Shown piece after piece: positions 1 to 11,591 of a stretch of 64,000 nucleotides of DNA (position 1 is its first letter; every line of letters starts with the position of its first letter). Source of the DNA: Rhynchopus sp. YZ270_cl-10 (lineage: Eukaryota); the NCBI GenBank assembly GCA_964035575.1, contig OZ037836.1, positions 744,001-808,000 on the forward strand, read 5' to 3'. A program made the translations under genes and the position numbers. Under the pieces are notes generated by a model, which had not been told where the DNA came from, did no database searches, and saw only the letters and a program-made list of their open reading frames with translations.

Positions 1-127
1 TAATGCGTATTAGGGTTTATGAGTCCTGCCCTGCACTAGAGAGAGTCGTATGGGCGCAAATAGTAGCGTGCTGAGCATAACACAGAGGTTGCGCTTCACT
101 GACCATGTCAGCAGGCTGGCTACATAC

Positions 128-3100
128 CTCGAACTTGCCCTTGAAAATGAGGGTCGTGACGTTGTTCCACAGTGTCGTAGGGTCCTTGCTGGCAGCCTCC
201 TCCAGCTGGTACATCCACTCGTCCATCTTCGACACATCGCGCAGCTCCAGCAGTTCAAACAAACACATCGGCTTCGGAAGCTTTTTGAACTTCGCCCCTT
301 CCACCACCTTCAACACAAACGACGTCTCCACCTCTGCATACACTACATGGTCCGTAAGCACACCAAACTCACGCTCCCTGCAGTACCGCTCCAGCGCATA
401 TGCCCACGAGATTGTAGGTGACAGGAACGAAAACCTGCGCATCACAGACGTGCCCATGTTCCCGACACGTCCCTCCCCAGTCACAACTGACGCTGTTATT
501 TCCACGCTGATCCTGCCTGCCATCTCACGACACATCTCAGCAGCACTGCACGCATACACTCGGTGACTTGCAACGTGTGTCGCGGCGTTGAACGAACACG
601 CGAACCTGTCACCTGTGAACGGCTCCGTCACACCCTTCTGCTTCGAGAACACATTAACAAAGGCCTCCAGCAGGTTCGAGTGCAGCTCCAGCACCTGTGA
701 ATCCGACTTCTTCGCACATTGTCCGTGGAAGTCCTTGATGTTCACGACTGTGTAGGAGAAGCGTTTCGAGGCGATTGCACACGTGAACGGATGCACAGGA
801 GCCTTCTCTTTGCGGGAAGACGCGCCGCACTTACGCGACAGAGAGGAGGCTTTCGAGCGGTGTGAAGTCGAGAGTGAGTCACTCATCTTGCTCTTTGATT
901 CATCCTCTTCGTCGCTCAACTCACTCAGTTCACCAAGCTGCACAGACTGCGGCATAAAGCTCTTGTACAGCTCCAGGTTCACAAGCATGCGCCCAATAGC
1001 ACGGTTCATCGTGCGCAGCTCACTGATGACCGACGTCTCGTCAGGAACGGTGCTGATCTTCAGCACCGCTGCCTTGGCCATAAGCACCGCAGTGTCCTCA
1101 AACGGACGTGTCAGCACGTTGTTGAAGAGCATGAACACCACAACAGACGCCATCACCAGCGCCACCATCACAAGGATCGTTCTGTTCGCCTTCTGCCGCA
1201 GTGCCTTGTTCGTGTTCTTCTCAAGAACGTCCAGATCCTGCAGTGTCCGCATGTTCGTCGCGTCGATCTTCCGCAGAATGTCCTCACGTGGGATCATCGT
1301 CGCAACGGTAAAGGGCTCCATCTCTCGTGTGTCGGAGTTTGTGTCAAACGTCCGTGTCTGCACAAGGAAGGACTTGCTCACGGGGTTGCGCCTCACTTCG
1401 TCAGAAGCATGCAGGAAGTGTGGCGTGTCTGGGAAGTACCTCCGCACAAAGGTCAGGCTGTCGATGCGACCCTTGAAGAACTGTCCCACGTAGAACGGGT
1501 TCGAATGCTTGCGTGTCCTGCTTCCCAGCTCTTCCCTACCACGTGAGTCAGTGCCGTAAGCATGAAGTGTGCCGTTCACGTACAAGCTGCAACGTCCACC
1601 ACCCATCACAGCTGTCACCGTTGTCCACGCACCCACAGGGAAGCCACGTCTCCCAAAGGCATCCACGTAAGGTGCTGTGCTGCACCCATACTGCAGAACA
1701 AACAGATAGATCTGCCCGTTCCCAAACAGACGGAAGTTCGTCTCCCCCACAAGCGAGTCTGTGAACAGACGAGGTGTGGTTGCACTTGGTGATGCTTCGT
1801 CGTACAGCACATCAGGCCTGATGCGCATGCTCACCATGAACTCCGTGTAGCGTGTGAAGTCTGGATGCAACATGCAATTTAGCACGGAGGCTGTGCTGCT
1901 TGAGTTAACACGCGAGGCAACACAACGACGTCCGTCTGCATGCACAAGCTCCGCATCGAACCCGTCGTACTTGCTCTTCCACGGCTTCCCTGCTGCACTC
2001 GCACGTGACCGCTCCACAACTGGCGCCTGCCGTGTCAGGTTCCTGTACACGTACTGCACCGTCGACCCGTCAAACTCAAGCACGTCCTTCCCACGCTGTC
2101 TGTCGTGCACAACACAGTTCCCACACCCACCGTCACGCACCTCCGTTTCCCAGTGGTGCATGCTCGTGTCCACAGCAGCACCGTTCTCCACACTGAACAT
2201 TGCGAGTGTTGTGTGCGGCGACTCTATCCAGTAATCAGCCTGGTCGAACTCCCCGTAGTGCTGCACCCATCTGTCCTCTGCTGGCGTTGCTGTTGCACCC
2301 GCGTCCAGGTAGCGTGCAAGGCCACTCACATGCATCGAAGGCGACTCGTCCACGGTGTACAGGGTGTAGACCTCCCTCATCAGGGGTGTGAACATTTTCG
2401 CCACGAATTCCCTGTCTCTTATCATCCCTGTGTTGAAGCCACCCAGAAGTGCTCTGTCGTGTCTGTCCACCACAAGCACAGTCATGTTCGCCAGGCTTGA
2501 GCCTCCAAGCCGTGCTGTGTCAATGGCCAAGGCAATGAAGCGATCAAGACTCTCCTGCACAGCAATCGTCCCGTGGTACGGCATTGTGCTTCCATCCATG
2601 TTCGACCCGGTCAGTGCCATGTAGGCAACAATCGGTGGTGTTGTGTGCCACGCTGCTGTGTACAGCTGCACACGTCCTGTCTTCCAGATCATCTTCTTGA
2701 CTCCGAACTGTGTGCCTCGTGTGACTGCGAGAGGATCGCCACCCAAGTTGCCGATGTACTCAGTGTTTGCGTTGATCGTGAATAAGGGATGAACGCGTGT
2801 GTGCCTTGGGTTTGGTTCCACCTCAGACCCGGGGAGTTGCCCGTATCCCAGCAGACCATACAGCCAACCAGCCTGTGTCTGCTCAACAGTCCCAACCACA
2901 CCGTCTGCTCGTTCCACGTCAGGTCTGTTGTCCGTCTTCAAACATTGTTCCTGTGTGCATCCCATGTAGAAGCCACGTGTGGTGAACACACGCACAAAAA
3001 ACTTGAAATGTGTCATAAACGAGTTTGTGTACATCTCAAAGAACTGTGCCTCGAACTGTGCCCAGCTCCCGTCGTAGTCCACACCCACAAAGCCGTTGTG

Positions 3101-4873
3101 TGTGATCATGACTCTGTCCTCCAATGCATTGAAGCCCACAGTCAGGCCGTCGAAGATCTTGTCCATCACAATCGTGCGTGTGATGTTCGACAGCTCAATC
3201 GTGTTCTGCTTCTCGGCAGCAAGAGAACTGTCGAGTGCCTTCCGCCCGTTCGCCGTTGCTGTGTCTGTTGAGTCCTGCCCTGCAACGTAGACAAGAGAGA
3301 ACGTCACAAGCGACGTGATCAGCAGCAGCGACACACTCACAGCCATGCTTGCCACCTTCAGCGGGATCGCAAACCCAGACACAGCCATCTCCTCAGGCAC
3401 CTCCACTGCATCACGGCGCTGTTTCACCACGATCCCCAACATCACCACTGCAGTCATCACAACCACCACAAGACACACAACCGTCACAGTGTCGGTCAGG
3501 TCCAGATCGTCAGACGTGTCCTCCTCCTCAGCAACGGCCGCTACCTGCAGTGGTGGCGCCGTCATGGGCACAGTGTCCGACCAGTTCCCGTCAGTGAACG
3601 TGAGTGCATCAAGTGAGTAGCCAACACCAGGAATGTGCCTTCCACCACCCCGTGCGATCCACGCCATGAACTGTGCCGTCACCTTGCGTCCCACTGTGTG
3701 CACAGGGATCCCGACACGCATTGAGAATGCTTTTATTTTTTGGTACTCTCTCGTGCCGTAACTTGTCATTGTCATTAAAACAAACGCCGTGGCACCACTT
3801 TGTTCAGCGTTCCGTACCTGCTGCACAAGCGGACAGGCACTTTGGTACGACGCAAAGACCATCTTCCCCTTGAGTGACGCAAAGTCTGAAGCAGCACAGC
3901 CCCCACGTGGCAGCTCTGTCGTGTACACTGCTTCGTCCTTCTGTGTCTCAAACGGAAGTGTCCGCACAAGCTGCAGAAGGGTCTCCCTCTTGCGTGGACG
4001 CAGGTCGTTCCCCATGACACACACGTGCTCTGCCTCACCAGGGATCCACATCGCAAGTGGACACTTCTCGCAGATGCGGTCCTGCTGTGCGTTGTCCACC
4101 ACTTTGCATGTGTCTGCACGGTCCATTTCGTTGTCGAAGCAGCCGTCCCACGGGTAGGTGTAGTCTTCTGGGTCGTCCAGGTAGTTCGGCGGCAGCTCAG
4201 CAGAGCACTCAAACTTGATGTGGCCACGGACCCTTGCCCCGCTGTTCACAGCTGCTGCAATGTAGTCGGTTTCGTGTCTGTCTGCGTGCAGGAATGGGAA
4301 TGTGGCTGCTTTCGTGGTGGTCACACCACCCAGTGAATAGCGCCTTTCGGTGCGGCTGGAGTCATGCAGAATACCCACAGCGGCACCTACTTGTTGCAGA
4401 AATTGTTGCTTGACAGCGTACTTGCAACCACCACGGTACACAAGCGCAATCTTCCCATCGTACACCTTCCCGTCACCCAAGGAGTAGTCACTTGCCTTGC
4501 ACCCACGATAGCTATTGGACTTGATGCTGTTGTTCCCCACCATAACAATGTCCATCTCCTTGTTGTTCAGTGGGTGGTATGCATCAATGTGCCCGTCGGG
4601 TGTCCACGGCTCGAACTTGTTGTCCGTGAGACACAGCCACATACCCGCCACCTCGGGCGGCTCTGTCACGACAAGCCGCACGGGACACTGGTAGTAGCAG
4701 TAGTCGTACAGCCGCCACGTGGTCTGGTTGCACATGATGTCCTTCCGCCAGCCGTTGTAAACGTATTCTGTGGGCATCTCGGGGATGAACTTGCGGAGGC
4801 AGTCTTCAGGCAGCAATGGACACTGCGGCTCTGCACCCCACGCAAGCAGCACCAGCACTGCTGCTGCCGACAT
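128..4873 (-). CDS. Receptor-type class III nucleotide cyclase-like membrane protein, copy 1, exon 1 (last exon lies outside the window)
   Basis: Long ORF with a hydrophobic N-terminus and two PA-like motifs (GKIALVYRGGCKY..KQ..Q..GA; LKGKMVF..Y.SACP..QQV.NAEQSGA). It also has three TM segments, a LamG-like motif (WTTVTAV..CSLYVNG..FYVGQFFKGRID), a HAMP-like segment and a cyclase-like C-terminus (VVNIKDF, FTGDRF, GEGRVGNMG). Similarity to paralogs stops at GAG|GTATGT (donor GT at 127-126). Confidence 0.85.
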
Positions 4874-5613
4874 TGTCTTGAAGTTGAGAGCGGACCTGCA
4901 CGTGGTGGTGTGGGAGTGTAGGGCCTAGGTCAAGTGGTGAAACGCACACACCTCGACCTTTGGGTGAAATGTGGCTCTACTCCAACCCGCAGAAATAGAA
5001 AAAGGAAGGGAGGGGTACGGTGTTCAATTTCCTTTTAGTTGAAACTAATATCTGAGTTCAAGCTAGTCTGAGTGAGAAAGCGAAAATCAGAAAAAGAACT
5101 TTTTGTTCATCGCACCAAATTTTTTGTGGAGTGTGTAGACCATGCTGTCCTCTAAATCCGGTTTGCGATTTGGGATTTTCTATAAGAAAATTTTATAGGA
5201 AAATTTTATTTTTGCAGGTGAAAAAATTTTCGTATAGATAAGGGGCAGTGTCTTTTTGAAATGGGGGCGCCCGGGGGGGTCAAAAGAGTGAATGGTAGAA
5301 ACGTGGTTGAACCACGGGAATTCCCTGGGAAACTGGGTTGCTGACCGCACCATGAAATCCCAGGCTGTACCCTAAATTTTTTTTGCCTGCGCATAGTTCG
5401 TAGTCCGCCGGAGTCCGCCAAAAAAAATTTCACCAAGACCCGCCCGAGTTGAGACGGACCTGAGACGGACCTGAGACGGACTCAGGCAAACTCCGCCCGA
5501 GTCCGCCCGAGTCCGTCTCAGGTCCGTCTCAACTCGGGCGGACCTGAGACGGACTCGGGCGGACTCAGGCGGACTCGGGCGGAGTTCGCCCGAGTTGGGG
5601 TACGAACACCCTC

Positions 5614-5948
5614 CATGGTTGTACAAAGTACTCGAAGAGTATCGAGTACTCGAAAACGAAAAAAATAGGCCACTCGACACTCGAGTACTCGCCCGACCCA
5701 TTTTTTTTTCTCTTCAATTTACTCGTTCTGGCACTCGAGTACTCGAACGAGTGAAAAAAGTGGGGGGAAAAAAAAACAGTACTCGGCCGAGTACTCGAGA
5801 CTTTTTTCTACTCGTTCGAGTACTCGAGTGCCAGAACGAGTAAATTGAAGAGAAAAAAAAATGGGTCGGGCGAGTACTCGAGTGTCGAGTGGCCTATTTT
5901 TTTCGTTTTCGAGTACTCGATACTCTTCGAGTACTTTGTACAACCATG
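5614..5948. mobile_element. Palindromic MITE, 6-bp TSD ACCCTC
   Basis: Near-perfect inverted arms starting CATGGTTGTACAAAGTACTCG, with ACCCTC at 5608-5613 and 5949-5954. Rich in GAGTACTC motifs. Confidence 0.9.
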
Positions 5949-6069
5949 ACCCTCACTCCATTTTCCACCTTGGGATGCTGCCCCATCCCTCAAATAAAAG
6001 TTTCGCCCACCCCATCCCCAGTAAACCATTTGCGCAGGGAGTTGTTTGTATTTTAATTTTTGTATTATT

Positions 6070-7165
6070 CATACAATGCAACGAGGCCGGGTACGCCTGA
6101 AAATACTCATATCTGGAAAATATATCTGAGGCGTGCCTGAGGCGTCACTGAGGCGTGCCTGAGGCGTACTCGGGATTAGTTACGTTTAAGTACGCCTCAG
6201 GCACGCCTGAGTATATAACAACGCATACTTGCGTTCCAGGCGCCTGGTGTGTATTTTTTCCCCGCAAAAAGGGCCTCTGATGCATTTCCGGAGCGATCTG
6301 AAAAAATTCCGGGGTCGGACAATTTTTTTAGCAAAAAATGCGTGACTTTAAGTTTGTACCAAAAATCAGGGGAAAGTATACCCGGTTTCATATTTCTGCT
6401 GATATATAAAATTATTACGCACAGGTCATCACGTTTCTAAGGCATGCCATGTATTTCCTCCGCCCTCTGAAATGTGCTGAAATGAACTTTCGGTGTCCTG
6501 CTGAGAAAATTGCGGGGTCGCAAGATATTTTTAGTGGAAAAATATCATGGTTACTGCTTAGAGTAAACCGCCTCTTAAAAAGAGGCTTCGCAGAAGATGG
6601 CATACCTCGGGTATGTGTAAAAAAGTCCGTTGGTCACCCCATAGTTGTACTAAAAATAGAGCTGTGGTCTGTGGATCAAGGAGGCCTGTGGAAAATTCTG
6701 GGATCTCGATGGGATCTCTCTAGTGTTAGAGGGTCCAGCCTTGTGTGAGCCTCTTCCGTCTTGCATCAAGTTGGGCCCCGAAGATCCCCAGTCGAAAAGC
6801 ACCTCCGAGATTTGTTTCCAATGATTCTTGAATCAATGAAATACCCGAAGGTACCACCAAAATATATATCATCAGCACTAAAGCTAGCGAACCCTTTTCG
6901 TTTTTTCGACTCGCTCGGCCCAGAGGCACATTTTTCATCGTGCGACCCCGCATTTTAAAGACTTCGCTACCTCTGAATCGAAAACCACAAAATTTGGGGG
7001 TAAATACTTTTTTGTTCATGACCAAAATGCTGGTAAGAAATATAAATATACTCAGGCGTGCCTGAGGCGTACTTAAACGTAACTAATCCCGAGTACGCCT
7101 CAGGCACGCCTGAGTATTTATTTTCAGGCCTTGGCGAGGCCGACTCGGCCTCGTTGCATTGTATG
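6070..7165. mobile_element. TIR element, 6-bp TSD ATTATT
   Basis: TIR CATACAATGCAACGAGGCCG, with ATTATT at 6064-6069 and 7166-7171. Subterminal CCTGAGGCGT repeats. Confidence 0.85.
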
Positions 7166-7189
7166 ATTATTATCATTGTTATAAATATA

Positions 7190-8519
7190 CATAGCGCTCT
7201 ATTTAGAGTATTAGGGTATACTTAGAGTCTGGGATTTTGGGCCAAGTCAGTTAGAGTCCAGTTAGAGTATAATTAGAGTCGCTTTTCTTCAATTAGGCTG
7301 TAATTAGGGTGCAGTTAGAGCATAATTAGACTCTAACTACACTCTAATTATAGTCTAATTAGAGTAAAACAACAGGCTTCTTGTAGGTGCAAACGCCGTA
7401 AGGAACCGGTTCCCCTAAGGTTCCTCTGTAGGACCCAGGTGCCCAGGTACCCACATAGCTGAAAATAAGACTTGGGGAACCGAGTTCTCAGCCGGACTGG
7501 GACACAATATGTGAAGGCGCTGTGGGTCCGCCTGAAAGCGGGTCGGGGACCCGGTCGCGGGAGGGTGGGGGCCTAGTCCTAGTCCTACTGTACCTAGTAC
7601 CCAGTACCGGGACTCGGGACCCGGCTTATTCTCAGCTATGGGTACCCAGGTACTCAAACCCGCGCAGTGGCACATGCCCTCAAGTGTGAGTGACCCACAC
7701 ATTAGGGAATGCGATGCAAAAACTCTATGTGCACCTTCGGTGCAACGCCGCAGACAGGCCAAGCAGCGTTGGACTCAGAGGAATGCCTGCTGTGCAGGTA
7801 TCAAACATGAGAACCAACTCCCAGCAACAAGGGGCGCCTTTTGGCGGGCGTTATTGAAGGTGTTTCGGGTGCAAAGTTTTCTACAAATGTTGATGCGCGG
7901 GTACAGAAGTGGTGTCTTGTTCTTTCATCTGTAGGAATGTAAATGTCAATCGAATTTAACTACCACTAAGGGGTCGAAGGGGTAATCCCAGTATCAACGG
8001 CTGTGTTGACGGGAAATCTATAGCGAGCATACGTTCATTTCATCCGAAGAAATACTACTTATGAACCCAGGAGAGATCCAAGCCTGAACGCGCTGAACAA
8101 CTACCCGCGATTGACTTAGATGTTATACCAAAGAGAATTCATAACAAAACAACACCCTGCCCCATACACTAAATAGCCATGCTTCAAGTGCATGCCCTGG
8201 GCCAAAATTCCTGTGCTAAAAAGGCAACAAGACCATCCACAAGGAGTGTGAATTGTGCACTGGTTTTCTGGGGGAACAAACAATATTTTCTTGTGTCTGG
8301 TTCTCTGCAAGCAGAGAACAGACTTTCTGGATTACAAAGTCGAATTTCTTGCACTAGCTATGCCCCCTGGGTTGATGGCTATAGCATTGGTTGATGTGTC
8401 CCTCTTTAGTGACCCTCTTATAAGACTCTAATTAGAGTTCAGTTAGAGTTTTAAAGACTCTAATTATACTCTAACTGCCGACTCTAATGATCTAATTAGA
8501 GTCTAATTAGAGCGCTATG
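7190..8519. mobile_element. TIR element with TTAGAG/CTCTAA subterminal repeats
   Basis: CATAGCGCTCT...AGAGCGCTATG termini flanked by TATA on both sides. Confidence 0.7.
7454..7640. mobile_element. Small MITE, apparent 8-bp TSD GGTACCCA
   Basis: TIR CATAGCTGA(A/G)AATAAG, with GGTACCCA on both flanks. The target is itself a short repeat, so the TSD length is ambiguous. Confidence 0.7.
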
Positions 8520-10033
8520 TATAAATGTAATAATATTATATACCTGGATATTACCAGCTATATAATTCAAAAATATAATACAAACAACTCCCTGCGCAAA
8601 TGGTGTACTTTTCGCTTTCTTCATAGACATTGGGATGGGGTGGGTGAAAATTTTGCATTTGCTGAGGGATGGGGCAGTATCCCGAGGTGGAAAATGGAGT
8701 GAGGGTGGTCGTACCCCAGCTCGGGCCCGAGTCCGCCCGAGTCCGCCGGAGTCCGCCCGACTCGGGCGGACTCCGGCGGACCTGAGACGGACTTTCAAAG
8801 TCCGCCAAAAGTCCGTCTCGACTCGGGCGGACTCGGGCGGACTCCGGCGGACTACGAACTATGCCTGCGGCGCCATTTTTCCTTTTTTGCTCCGCAAAAA
8901 AGGGTTCGTTGAGTGACTCTGTCGTGTAAAAAGCTAGATTTTTACACCCTGCCCTAAATTTTTTTCGCCTGCGGCGCCATTTTATATACAGTTCCCTATG
9001 TTCTCAATGTCTTCCCTGTTCAGCAGTGCTGGAAATAATATTGGGCAACAAAACAAGCTGACCCCCTTGAAATCTGGATTCCTGGATAAGACACTGGGGT
9101 GGGGGAAGAGAAAAATATGACCATCCGCACTGCGGCCCTACAACAGCAAAAAAAATATCTTCTCCAGTTGTGCGCGAAAATTTTTCGCGCGCAGCGCGAA
9201 ATTTTTTTTTTCTATAAGAAAATTTTGCGATTTGAAAATCAGAAAATCCCTGATTTTTCCCCGATTTAAGGACATGCTTGGTGTAGACAAAAATCAAAAA
9301 CCTTCTGTGAATAAGTTGTGTCGTGTTTACATCACTCTCAGCAAAAAATTCGGGCACACTCAGATATGTTTTCATTTCCTCCTCTCCAACCTTTGCAAAG
9401 CAGTTGCCTCAAAAAAAGTATTTTCATCATAATATTAATTATGCAATCAATAAGTTGATGGTATATGGTGAGGGATCAACAAAAATGATCCCATCTTTCT
9501 TTGTATGGCGTATGTTGTGCAAAACGTAGAAAAGTAAAGTAAACAAGTTGAAACTTCAGTAGATTGGTTTCTGACATTAACCCTGTTTTCAGTCCAAAGA
9601 ATCATACAGTTGTATTCGAAAGGGTGGACATCTTCAGTGATTTCCCTTTAGATGGTGGGTGAATGTCGTGAAGGCTGCAGTGTGTAAGTAAAGTATTCCG
9701 TGCAATTGCTTCCAATCCAAACAAATACCAGCACATCCTGTTTGTGTATCAGATAGAAAACCTCAGCAAACACAGAAGAAAGAGAAATAAAATAAAAAGC
9801 AAAAATAGAAAAGTGAAAAACATTTAAAAAAAAAAAACAAATAAAAAAAATATTGAGAACACACCACCATCATGCTTTACCTCACCCTGAGTTTGGTGAG
9901 AACAAGACTGATGAAAATGGAGTGACAACGTGTACATACATCTCTGAGAAAAGACATGTACAGACCTGTCCCGACACGGCACAAATATTTGAGTCACAGT
10001 TATGTGAACTGCAACAGTGGAACAAAGAAACCA

Positions 10034-10186
10034 CACGGTGGCCAGGTTGAGCGGGAGAGAGTAAAAAATTTGACGTTTTTTTGGGAGAGCGTATGCTCAC
10101 CCAGACACTTCTCCCGCGGAAGATCAATTCTCAACTATTATTTTCGTCCACTTTTGACGCTCTCCCACATCAACCTGGCCACCGTG
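10034..10186. mobile_element. CMC/EnSpm-like MITE (CAC..GTG termini, 2-bp TSD CA), copy 1
   Basis: TIR CACGGTGGCCAGGTTGA with CA on both flanks. A second copy is at 25188-25332. Confidence 0.75.
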
Positions 10187-11591
10187 CAGGTGGCACCACA
10201 AGCAAGGAGGAGGGAATTGCACCTTCGTCTACGTGTCCCGAAATGAATACAGAGGTAGAGAGAACATGATGAAATCACCAACAAGTTATGCTGGAGCAGG
10301 TTGGTGGTCAAGAACGGCAGACAACAGCAGTTGACGCTCGGCTTGCACAGTGTAAGACAAATTGTTTTTGTTTTGTTTTCAGTGCTCTCAAGATCCTCCA
10401 CGTAGGGGAGGATATTTCCTCCAGGGGCTTTTTTTTTTTTTTTTCAGGCTTTTTTGGTGGAGGATTTCCTCCATTTTTTTTTTTTTTTTTTGGCGGGCTC
10501 GGGTGGAGGATTATCCTCCTAGGGGTTTTATAGTGGGGAGTCACTTTGTCTCCCCCGAGGGAGCCAATATTTTCCCGAGCCTGTATGCACCGTACAGGGC
10601 TGCACCTTAAAAAAAATTTGCCTGCGGCGCCATTTTCATTTTTTGCTACTCAAAAAAAGGGTTCGTTGAGTGATTCTGTGTAAAAGGAAGCATTTTTACA
10701 CCGTACCCTAATTTTTTTTCGCCTGCGGCGCCATTTATATTAATTTTTTTGCTCCGCAAAAAAATAGAGTTGGCAATGTCTTTGGATACCCTTGCATTTT
10801 TCAGCCAAAAAATACAACTTGACCAAAGCTGCAAAAATTTTGTCGTTTTTTTTAAAATAACCCGCCGTTGCATCAGCCCCTGCTTCTGGAAGACGTATTG
10901 GTTTTGTACGGTTCGTGGAGCGTATGGTGCAAGAGAAAGGATTAGGTTTCCGTTTTTTATTATCTCGCAAAATTGACCGCCTCTCCGCTCTGTGGCTGTC
11001 AGGGAGGCGCGCGCGAAGCGCGCGACGACCGCTTGTTGCGGGGGGGAAAAATTTTTTTTTTGGGGGTTTTTTTGCAAAAATAAAATCCTCCTCATTTCGA
11101 AAATCATATTATTTATAGTTTTCTTGTTTATGACAAAGACAAGACAACGTAAGAGCAACACGCCGATTGGATGTGTGCTGATAGAGCAAAAAGAAGCATG
11201 TATTCATGCTCCAGAGGGAGGGATCAAAGAAACGTATAAAAAAAAACGCCACGTCGAGCGTGTCAGGACTATCGTCAGAAAAAAAAAACATGAAACGTAT
11301 CACTAGCCTCCATTACCATCGCCTTTACCGTTTTGTTGGTGAGAAAAGACCACTGAAAATGGAGCGACAACACGTGTCAGAACACATCTTGGAAAAGATG
11401 TAAGGCTTTAGCATCATGCAGCCTGAAGGCACAAACTTCGAGTGAATTATGTGAACTGCAACAGTACGGTAACCACGTACCATTTGGGTAACTGCTCAAA
11501 TATCATGCCATCTGCATGTTTGCATCCGAGTTGCTTTGGAATGTGGGAGGGGGGAGAGGGGAGGGAGAGGGGAGAAACACACAATGCCACT

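Larger units (their letters stand above)
5392..8863. mobile_element. Non-autonomous TIR element (host of nested insertions), 6-bp TSD CCTGCG
   Basis: TIR CATAGTTCGTAGTCCGCCGGAGTCCGCC at both ends, with CCTGCG at 5386-5391 and 8864-8869. An uninterrupted copy of the target sequence is at ~10595-10740. Confidence 0.85.
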
